A DNA stretch of 14,435 bases. Origin: an archaeon (lineage in GTDB: Archaea; Iainarchaeota; Iainarchaeia; Iainarchaeales; CSSED10-239). A program made the position numbers and the translations under genes. Position 1 is the first letter of the stretch. Every line of letters starts with the position of its first letter. A model generated the notes under the pieces. That model worked only from the letters and a program-made list of their open reading frames with translations, was not told where the DNA came from and searched no databases. The DNA is taken from contig DAOOUC010000014.1 in NCBI GenBank assembly GCA_035390665.1, positions 1-14,435 on the forward strand, read 5' to 3'. Shown here one piece after another: positions 1-6,124 of the stretch.

Positions 1-487
1 GCCAAACACTATAATTAACTATATATTCTTTATTTTCTTTAATAAATATAGATCTTCCTTGTGCTTTTTTTATAAATTGTTTTATAGTTATTTCTTTTAG
101 TCCTGTTTCTTTTACGATTTCTGTTATTGTTTTTTTATCAAGAGCAGTAGTTAATATTTTTATTCCAGAGTAAGGTAATATTTCAATTAGATTTTTATTT
201 ACAAGTAGTTTTCTTAATTTCAAAGCAAAAGGATATTCTGAGACAGAAAGTTTTTGTTTATCTTTAGTTATTAATTTCTCTCTTATAAGTGTACCAATCA
301 TTTCACTTATATGTGTTTTATTCATTTTAATATTTTCAAGTATTTTACTTAGTCTGTTATTTCCTTGACAGATTTCATAAAATACAAGTAATTGAGTTCT
401 CGTAAACATAAGTATATTAATATCCGAACTATATATAAATGATTCGGTTTTCAGTATATTTTTAGTAATATATTCTAATTCACTCAT
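1..487 (-). CDS. Winged-helix (MarR/ArsR-like) DNA-binding protein; C-terminus runs off the window
   Basis: Absent from the ORF track because it is open at the window edge. My reverse-complement translation from the ATG (complement of 485-487) reads MSELEYITKNILKTESFIYSSDINILMFTRTQLLVFYEICQGNNRLSKILENIKMNKTHISEMIGTLIREKLITKDK... with no stop through position 1 (about 162 codons). There are two HTH-like segments: LSKILENIKMNKTHISEMIGTLIREKLI and TITEIVKETGLKEITIKQFIKKAQGRSIF. Confidence 0.6.
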   Translation of the reverse strand, partial: MSELEYITKNILKTESFIYSSDINILMFTRTQLLVFYEICQGNNRLSKILENIKMNKTHISEMIGTLIREKLITKDKQKLSVSEYPFALKLRKLLVNKNLIEILPYSGIKILTTALDKKTITEIVKETGLKEITIKQFIKKAQGRSIFIKENKEYIVNYSVW

Positions 488-524
488 ACCATAAATATAT
501 AGTGTTTTATAAGGCCAGTCATTC

Positions 525-582
525 TCGGGGGGGTAGGTGTCCAGTGGAACCCCTTTAGAAAAGGTGTTGCGATCCCAAAACG
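525..582 (-). repeat. Family-A intergenic element, short GC-richer variant (copy A4), oriented toward the minus-strand wHTH gene
   Basis: The reverse complement of 525-549 is ttccactggacacctacccccccga, 24/25 identical to 5093-5117. The reverse complement of 550-582 (cgttttgggatcgcaacaccttttctaaagggg) loosely matches the 5' module ttttgtaaaatcgcaaaatctt of copies A1/A2. Confidence 0.6.
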
Positions 583-586
583 AACT

Positions 587-616
587 CTGCTGGTTGCGCT
601 CGGCTCGCGCGCAATA
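587..616 (+). repeat. Family-C GC-rich module (copy C-e)
   Basis: ctgctggttgcgctcggctcgcgcgcaata aligns with gagccggtttcgctcagctcgcgcgcaata at 3165-3194. ttgcgc (594-599) and gcgcaa (609-614) can pair as a 6-bp stem. Confidence 0.55.
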
Positions 617-710
617 TTTCTTTGTTGTATTTTTGAGAATTAGGTATCTAAAAATTTCAATTTCACAAAAATCTAATTAAAAACCATTCCGTCTTTTCTA
701 GTATTAACCT

Positions 711-1427
711 ATGAAACAAGAAACTCTAGAGATAGCTAACAAACAGTATAATGTAAGAATATACATAGAAAGAAGAAGAAACTCTTCCTGTTCTATTGGT
801 AAAAACATAAACATTAGACTACCCTTATTTCTATCCTCAAAAGATCAACTAGCTGAAATAGAAAGAATGAAACAATGGGCTACCAGTCAGATTCAAAAAA
901 ATCCACCAATTAGTCAAATCTTTAAAAAATACAATTCAGGAGATACAATTACCTTGGGAGAAAAAACATACACTTTAGTAATAAGCACAACAGACAAGAA
1001 AAGCAGTAGTGGGAGATTAAAAGATGATAATATAGTTTTAAAGCTCAGTTCATTAACAGAAAAGAAAAGAGAAGAAGAAACATCCAAGTTAATAAGTAAG
1101 ATAATTTCTAGAGTTAGACTTCCCTATTTACAAAAGAAGATAAGAGAATTAAACTCTAAATACTTCAATCTCCCTTTAGGAGAAATTAAGTTTAAGAATC
1201 AGAAGACTCGGTGGGGCAGTTGTTCACAGAAGAGAAACATAAACATCTCCACTAGATTGATTTTAGCACCAGAAGATGTTCTTGAATACGTTTGCATTCA
1301 CGAACTTGCTCACCTTAAGGAATACAACCATTCAGAAGCCTTTTGGTCCATCATCCGTTCCATTGATCCCAGTTATAAGGATAAGCACAAGTGGTTGAAG
1401 AAGAATGGTAAAGAGCTAGTGATTTAA
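711..1427 (+). CDS. DUF45 / YgjP-like (M48-related, SprT-like) zinc-dependent hydrolase
   Basis: C-terminal signature ...KTRWGSCS...I.I...L...P..VLEYVCIHELAHLKEYNHSEAFW, with HExxH plus a downstream NH, is characteristic of the DUF45/YgjP family. Intact 238-aa ORF with an ATG start. Confidence 0.8.
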   Translation: MKQETLEIANKQYNVRIYIERRRNSSCSIGKNINIRLPLFLSSKDQLAEIERMKQWATSQIQKNPPISQIFKKYNSGDTITLGEKTYTLVISTTDKKSSSGRLKDDNIVLKLSSLTEKKREEETSKLISKIISRVRLPYLQKKIRELNSKYFNLPLGEIKFKNQKTRWGSCSQKRNINISTRLILAPEDVLEYVCIHELAHLKEYNHSEAFWSIIRSIDPSYKDKHKWLKKNGKELVI

Positions 1428-1429
1428 TA

Positions 1430-1475
1430 CTTGGGGGTACAACTTTATTTTAATTGTGTACACTAGTGGGCACAA
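1430..1475 (+). repeat. Family-B intergenic element (copy B1)
   Basis: cttgggggtacaactttattttaattgtgtacactagtgggcacaa recurs at 7743-7788 with 4 mismatches by hand alignment. It contains the imperfect inverted repeat GTACAA..TTGTGTAC and the palindrome GTGTACAC. Confidence 0.65.
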
Positions 1476-1480
1476 AAACT

Positions 1481-1530
1481 ATCGTGATTAGAATCGCCGA
1501 AATGAATCAATTATCGCGATTTAAATCGCA
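1481..1530. promoter_or_regulatory. Two 18-nt direct repeats (atcgYgattWRaatcgc); the second contains a perfect 14-bp palindrome. Candidate operator upstream of the ATPase gene
   Basis: atcgtgattagaatcgcc is at 1481-1498 and atcgcgatttaaatcgca at 1513-1530. GCGATTTAAATCGC (1516-1529) is its own reverse complement. It lies directly 5' of the TATA-like gtatatttaaa at 1531-1541. Confidence 0.4.
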
Positions 1531-1563
1531 GTATATTTAAACCTTTTGTTACCTATATATCTT

Positions 1564-2802
1564 ATGGAAGCAAATATTATCAAAGATATTTTAAATTATA
1601 GCTCTAATAATCTTGAGGACTTTACAGAATCTCAAAGATTTATATTTACTGATATAGAAAGTAAAGTAAATCATTTTTTCAAAAAGCGTGGACTAAATAT
1701 AATACTAATAACTGGACTTAGAGGTACAGGAAAAACCACGATATTAAAAACCATTGCAAAGAAATATGATGGATTGTATACTAGTGGTGATTTTCTAAAA
1801 ACCAAAGTAGTGGATATTCCAAATTTGACTGAAATTTCTAAGGCTTATGATAAAAAGATAATAGTTATTGACGAAGTGCTATATTTAACTGATTGGCAAA
1901 TAAAACTTAAAATAGAAGCAGATACTAATCAAAACATATTATATATAATCTCTGGTTCTTCAGCTATGCAGTTAAAGAAGATATCTCAAGATCTTTCAAG
2001 AAGATTAGATACCTACAGATTAAACCCATTATCTTTTAGAGAATATTTAGTTTTGAAAAATAATTTAAATCTTGAACAAGAAATTAGCTTTTCTAGTTTT
2101 TTAAATAAAGATCAAGAAAAGTTATTTCTAGAGTTGTCTTCAATAAAGCAACAATTACCTAAAAATCTTTATTCTTTGTTTAAATCATATTATGAAGATC
2201 AACTACCTTATCTTTTAGAAGAAAGTAATAAAAAAGACAAGATAAGACAATTAGTAGAAAAAGTAATCTATAAGGACATGCCACAAATTGATAATCTATA
2301 TACTGAACAATTAAAAAATGCAGAAATAATTATTAAGTTTTTAAGTTCTGCAGAAAAGATAAACTATACTAGTATTTCAACCAACTTAGGAGTAAAAAGA
2401 GACATGGTTGTTAAGATTATTGATCTTTTAGAGAAATCAGATTTATTATATATAGTTCAAGACGTAGTTCCAACAAGAGAACTTAGAAGTAATAAGAAGA
2501 TTTTATTTTCCTCTCCAGGAATAAGAATTGCTTTAAACGAGGTAAATGAAAGCTCAATTATTGGTTTTTCAAGAGAAGACATGTTTGGGTTGATACTAAA
2601 GAACTCAGGCATTAAATTTGCATACAACTACAAGCAAGACGGTTATGATTATCTAGTAAAGACTGTTAAATTTGAGATAGGCAAGAACAAGACCAAGAAC
2701 AGTATAAGCAAAGGCACCATAGTCGTAGGCGATTACTTAGACGTAGAATACAAAAATCACACCCTTTACATTCCAATGTACTTATTCTCCCTAATCAACT
2801 GA
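1564..2802 (+). CDS. AAA+ ATPase of the DUF4143-type (archaeal-ATPase-like) family
   Basis: Walker A is GLRGTGKTT and Walker B is KKIIVIDEV. Size (~410 aa) and the C-terminal helical/wHTH-like tail fit this family. The ORF track starts at TTG 1546. ATG 1564 (MEANIIKD...) is preferred because a TATA-like box is centred ~28 nt upstream. Confidence 0.8.
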   Translation: MEANIIKDILNYSSNNLEDFTESQRFIFTDIESKVNHFFKKRGLNIILITGLRGTGKTTILKTIAKKYDGLYTSGDFLKTKVVDIPNLTEISKAYDKKIIVIDEVLYLTDWQIKLKIEADTNQNILYIISGSSAMQLKKISQDLSRRLDTYRLNPLSFREYLVLKNNLNLEQEISFSSFLNKDQEKLFLELSSIKQQLPKNLYSLFKSYYEDQLPYLLEESNKKDKIRQLVEKVIYKDMPQIDNLYTEQLKNAEIIIKFLSSAEKINYTSISTNLGVKRDMVVKIIDLLEKSDLLYIVQDVVPTRELRSNKKILFSSPGIRIALNEVNESSIIGFSREDMFGLILKNSGIKFAYNYKQDGYDYLVKTVKFEIGKNKTKNSISKGTIVVGDYLDVEYKNHTLYIPMYLFSLIN

Positions 2803-2886
2803 GCTGAGCCGGTTTCGGTCACGCCCAGAAAATTCATTTTCTGGCGTCCCAGAAGCTAAGCTTCTATGAGCTCGCGCCCAATGGCG
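2801..2886 (+). repeat. Composite GC-rich element: a family-C module split by two small hairpins
   Basis: The left part is gagctgagccggtttcggtcacgc (2801-2824). Hairpin 1 is ccagaaaat-tc-attttctgg (2825-2844) and hairpin 2 is agaagct-a-agcttct (2851-2865). The right part is gagctcgcgcccaatgg (2868-2884). Left and right parts together match the modules at 3081-3114 and 3164-3206. Confidence 0.55.
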
Positions 2887-3293
2887 AAAGAATAAGAGAA
2901 GAAGAAACATCCAAGTTAATAAGTAAGATAATAGCAAGAGAAAGACTTTCCTATTTACAAAAGAAGATAAGAGAATTAAACACCCAATACTTCAATCTCC
3001 CTTTAGGAGAAATTAAGTTTAAGAATCAGAAGACTCGGGTGTGGGCAGTTGTTCACAGAAGAGAAACATAAACCTCTCCAGGAGCTGGTTTCGGTCAGCT
3101 CGCCCCCAGTGGTTGCACCAGAATCTGTTCTTGAATACGTTTGCATTCACGAGTTAGCCCACCAGAGCCGGTTTCGCTCAGCTCGCGCGCAATAGTCTCT
3201 CTAGACTTCTGGTCCATCATCCGTTCCATCGACCCCAGTTACAAAGACAAGCACAAGTGGTTGAAGAAGAACGGTAAAGACCTCGTCATTTAA
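2886..3293 (+). pseudogene. Decayed second copy of the 3' half of the DUF45/YgjP-like gene
   Basis: It is collinear with 1060-1427 in three blocks (about 2886-3080, 3115-3163, 3207-3293) and ends at the equivalent TAA (3291-3293). It is 5'-truncated. A 2-nt insertion near 3037-3043 leads to a premature TAA at 3069-3071. Two internal segments are replaced by GC-rich modules, one of which removes the LKEYNHSEA part of the metal site. Confidence 0.85.
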
Positions 3294-3312
3294 GAAATTT
3301 CTATAGTTCACT

Positions 3313-3588
3313 TTGTGGGGCAAGAGAACCAGAGAAGAAATAAGAATTTTCTATGGTAAAAGGAATGTTTTTAAAGAGTTTTTAGTTATAAGTTTATTAA
3401 TCGGTGAAACTATGAAAGTATATATCTTAAGTGATACAGAAAACTTATTCTCAAAAGAAAAGAAAGAATTATTAGAAAGTAAATTAGAAGTAGTTTACAT
3501 AAGAGAAATAAAACCCTCAAATTTTGTGAAATTGACGATTTTTGAGAAAAAGTTGAGTTTTTACAAAAAAACCACAGAACCTATTTAA
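3313..3588 (+). CDS. Hypothetical small protein; possibly spurious or a gene remnant
   Basis: The ORF-track entry begins at TTG. The only ATG in frame is at 3412 (MKVYILSDTENLF..., 58 aa). No recognisable motif was found, and it lies inside a decayed region. Confidence 0.25.
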   Translation: MWGKRTREEIRIFYGKRNVFKEFLVISLLIGETMKVYILSDTENLFSKEKKELLESKLEVVYIREIKPSNFVKLTIFEKKLSFYKKTTEPI

Positions 3589-3654
3589 TCTTTCTCTAGT
3601 TCTTTTGTTTTATCTACAGAAAAGAAAATTAACCACAGAATCTAACTTAATCTT
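3570..3654 (+). repeat. Direct repeat aaccacagaaYcta..ttaatctt (2 copies) followed by atctt-type low complexity
   Basis: aaccacagaacctatttaatctt at 3570-3592 overlaps the stop of the 3313-3588 ORF. aaccacagaatctaacttaatctt is at 3631-3654. Downstream runs of taatctt/tatctt extend to about 3690. Confidence 0.4.
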
Positions 3655-3989
3655 AATCTAACTTTATCTTCATCTTTATCTTTAAACTATTAGATATGAT
3701 TTATTTACATTTATAAAAATACCAATTTTCTTAACTTATATGCGGCTTCTTTTGCTTTTTAATTAAATAACTAAATACTAATGCTTACTATTTAATTTCT
3801 ATACAAAACCTTAAAAGAAAGAAAAAACTAAATAAATAAAAAGAATGTTTCTACCTCTCTATTAGTGTTCTTTAGTTATCTTTTCCAAAAAAACTACTAA
3901 CAATATAAAATTTAAAACCTAATTCTTTCTAATAAGAACTAAAACTTAAATAAAAGGCTTAAAACACATAACAAATACCTATTTACTTG

Positions 3990-4079
3990 AAGATTTTGTA
4001 AAATCGCAAAATCTTGGACATTTTTAGATAGTTTCACAAATAATTTCGCAGTGGACAACTACCCCCCCGAAAACACCCC
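3990..4079 (+). repeat. Family-A intergenic element, full-length copy A1
   Basis: It has a perfect inverted repeat aagattttg-N8-caaaatctt (3990-4015) and an AT-rich middle (tttttagatagttt). The core is tcgcagtggacaactacccccccga (4046-4070), followed by aaaacacccc. It aligns end to end with 5040-5126. Confidence 0.7.
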
Positions 4080-4141
4080 TTGTTTAAGACACAGATATAT
4101 AATATAAATGTTAACTTTAATAATATTTAGAGAGGGAACTA

Positions 4142-5029
4142 ATGAAAAATAAAGAGAAAGTAATAATTCTAAATTATTGTGCATATAGTGCAATTGGCCG
4201 GATTTGTTTAAGATTTCCTAAAGAAATCAAAGGATTATTGAAGATTGTAAAGTATTCTAAAGATAAACAAGAGATTATTGCTAAAGTAAATATCTTAAAT
4301 AAGCAGTTAGTTCCATTAATTTTAGTTTTATTGAATAATCTAAAAGAAATCAATTGTTCTAAGTTAAATTATTTATTTCTGGAAAACGATTATTTAGAAA
4401 AATATTTTGAAAAAATAATGTTAAATAAAAAACTCAATAAAAAAGACAAATTAATTAATGAGTATATTTCTCAATTATTTAAAATCCCTAAAGCCACTAA
4501 CATTAACCAACTACGGTTAAAAAAATTAACGACTTTTATTAATAACTGTAATTTATTAGATAAACCAAAATGGAGGAAATTAAAATTTATATTTTTAAAA
4601 TCCATAAAAGGAGTATCTTGCGGTTATGGTAATTTTAATTATGTAATTATTGAATCTAACATCTTTCCAGAACAGCTAATTATACATGAAGTAATACATA
4701 ATTATAATCAAAAACAAAAATTTAGAACCAAAAATACAATGGAATTTGAAGAAATATTTACCAATGTTATTTCTCAAGCAATTTATTGTAAATATAAGAG
4801 AAAGCCAGTTGTTTTTGATAAGTACTATTATTCTACAAAAAAAGAACAGCAATTGGAAGAGGAATTACGGATGTGTTATTTTGAATGGATTAAACAATCA
4901 AATCCTAATTTTCTAGATTATTTAGAAGAAAGTGGAAAGATATTCATTGGTAAAGATAGAATCACTTGGACCTTTAATGATAATTTAAAGTTTAAGAAAC
5001 TAGTTAAAGAATCTATAAAGGTAAAATAA
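4142..5029 (+). CDS. Hypothetical protein with a single HExxH motif (possible metallopeptidase)
   Basis: Intact 295-aa ORF with an ATG start preceded by the purine-rich agagaggga. The motif is LIIHEVIHNY. No other family signature was recognised. Confidence 0.55.
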   Translation: MKNKEKVIILNYCAYSAIGRICLRFPKEIKGLLKIVKYSKDKQEIIAKVNILNKQLVPLILVLLNNLKEINCSKLNYLFLENDYLEKYFEKIMLNKKLNKKDKLINEYISQLFKIPKATNINQLRLKKLTTFINNCNLLDKPKWRKLKFIFLKSIKGVSCGYGNFNYVIIESNIFPEQLIIHEVIHNYNQKQKFRTKNTMEFEEIFTNVISQAIYCKYKRKPVVFDKYYYSTKKEQQLEEELRMCYFEWIKQSNPNFLDYLEESGKIFIGKDRITWTFNDNLKFKKLVKESIKVK

Positions 5030-5039
5030 ACTAATTCTA

Positions 5040-5126
5040 TTTTTGTAAAATCGCAAAATCTTAAACATTTTTTTATAGTTTAACAAATGGTTTTCCACTG
5101 GACAGCTACCCCCCCGAAAACAACCC
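5040..5126 (+). repeat. Family-A intergenic element, full-length copy A2
   Basis: ttttgtaaaatcgcaaaatctt...ttttttatagtttaacaaatgg...ttccactggacagctacccccccga (core 5093-5117), followed by aaacaaccc. It is a direct repeat of A1, about 1.05 kb downstream. Confidence 0.7.
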
Positions 5127-5147
5127 GGCTTCTACTACTATATATTA

Positions 5148-6113
5148 TTGGTGGAAGGTCTGAACGAAAATAATAGTTTAATTGTTCCAGATAATATAAA
5201 TCACAAGATTCATGCAATTAGAGGAGTTCAGGTAATGCTTGATAGCGATCTTGCAGAACTGTATGGAGTTAGCACAGGTAGACTGAATGAAGCAGTTAAA
5301 AGAAATATAGATAGATTTCCCGAGGATTTCATGTTTCAATTAACGCAAAAAGAATGCGAAATCTTAAAGTCGCAATTTGCGATATCAAGTTTGGGTAATG
5401 TTAATAATTTCCCTGTAAATACTAGTAATAACGCTAATCGTTCGATATCGCAATTTGCGATATCAAAGAATGACAGAGGTGGAAGACAAAAATTACCATT
5501 CGTTTTTACTGAACAAGGCGTTGCTATGCTTTCTGGAGTTCTTAAGAGCGAAAGAGCAATAAAAGTTAATATCTTTATTATGAGAGCATTTGTAGCTATG
5601 AGACAATTTATACAAGAAAATGCAGGGCTATTTCAAAGAGTTGATAGTCTTGAAATAAAACAAATTAAAACAGATAAAAATATTAAAATGATCTTTAGTG
5701 CTATGGCAGATAAAAATATTTTCAAAAAACAAAAAATTCTTTTTGATAATCAAATATTTGATGCTTACAAGTTTGTTAATGATATACTAAAAAAGGCAAA
5801 GAAATCAATAATTCTTATTGATAATTACATAGATGAATCAGTGCTAATACTTTTTTCAGAAATAAAGAATGTAAAGATTATTATATATACTGAAAATATA
5901 ACAGATAAATTAAAACTTGACCTTGAGAAATATAATCAACAATATTCAAATATAGAAATAAGAAAATTCAAGAAATGTCACGATAGATTCTTGATAATTG
6001 ACAATAAAGAAATCTATCATTTTGGAGCATCAATCAAAGACCTTGGAAAGAAGTGGTTTGCTTTCTCTAAGATGGATAAAGAGTCATTAAAATTATTACA
6101 AAAATTGGAATAA
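5148..6113 (+). CDS. ORF6N (KilA-N-like) DNA-binding domain fused to a PLD-like (HxK/R..D) C-terminal domain
   Basis: The N-terminal IRGVQVMLDSDLAELYGV...RLNEAVKRNIDRFPEDFMFQLT...FTEQGVAMLSGVLKSERAI is the ORF6N signature. The C-terminal CHDRFLIIDNKEIYHFGASIKDLGKKWFAFSKM resembles a phospholipase-D/nuclease HKD-type motif with R in place of K. The start is uncertain: TTG 5148, GTG 5151, and no upstream ATG. Confidence 0.75.
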   Translation: MVEGLNENNSLIVPDNINHKIHAIRGVQVMLDSDLAELYGVSTGRLNEAVKRNIDRFPEDFMFQLTQKECEILKSQFAISSLGNVNNFPVNTSNNANRSISQFAISKNDRGGRQKLPFVFTEQGVAMLSGVLKSERAIKVNIFIMRAFVAMRQFIQENAGLFQRVDSLEIKQIKTDKNIKMIFSAMADKNIFKKQKILFDNQIFDAYKFVNDILKKAKKSIILIDNYIDESVLILFSEIKNVKIIIYTENITDKLKLDLEKYNQQYSNIEIRKFKKCHDRFLIIDNKEIYHFGASIKDLGKKWFAFSKMDKESLKLLQKLE

Positions 6114-6124
6114 ATTTAGATTAT

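Noticed and set aside
521-616. A tRNA, split-tRNA half, 5S rRNA or other small structured RNA gene, suggested by the GC-rich island.
   Set aside because: I could not fold either strand into a cloverleaf. There is no complementary acceptor arm for the G7/C7 run within 70-90 nt and no GTTCRANYC-type T-loop. No 5S-like conserved strings are present. The sequence is instead accounted for by family-A and family-C repeats. An Infernal scan would be decisive.
2801-3206. A CRISPR-like layout: GC-rich ~30-nt repeats alternating with pieces that match a gene in the same window.
   Set aside because: The repeats are only about 70-80% similar to each other and differ in length. The supposed spacers are ~190 and ~49 nt and are collinear blocks of one gene in its original order. 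No cas genes or leader are present. A disrupted paralogue explains the pattern better.
711-3293. A diversity-generating retroelement, with the two DUF45 3' copies acting as variable-repeat/template-repeat pair.
   Set aside because: Differences between the copies are not restricted to adenine positions (for example TTCT>AGCA, TCTA>ACCC, and many T>C third positions). Indels and segment replacements are present. No reverse transcriptase is in the window.
2886-3293. The net length change of the pseudogene relative to the intact gene (+2, +20, +17 = +39 nt) is a multiple of three, hinting at recoding or an intact variant protein.
   Set aside because: The intermediate frames contain stops (TAA at 3069-3071 after the +2 insertion). 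The copy lacks a 5' half and a start codon, and the metal-binding segment is lost. The multiple of three is most likely coincidence.
3589-3989. A replication origin in the long AT-rich ORF-free stretch.
   Set aside because: No inverted ORB-like or DnaA-box-like repeats flank an unwinding element. No orc1/cdc6 or dnaA gene is adjacent. The only repeats are one ~24-nt direct pair and low-complexity atctt runs.
4062-4068. The homopolymeric C7 tracts (also 5109-5115, and G7 at 527-533) acting as slipped-strand phase-variation switches.
   Set aside because: The tract length is exactly 7 in all three full cores. The tracts are embedded in a conserved motif and lie in intergenic DNA, not in a reading frame. 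That points to a conserved recognition element rather than a hypermutable tract.
4108-4152. A 14-codon upstream ORF (MLTLIIFREGTNEK) overlapping the start of the 4142 gene.
   Set aside because: It is very short and has no conservation evidence available. Such ATG-to-stop stretches are expected by chance in AT-rich leaders. It is noted only as a possibility.
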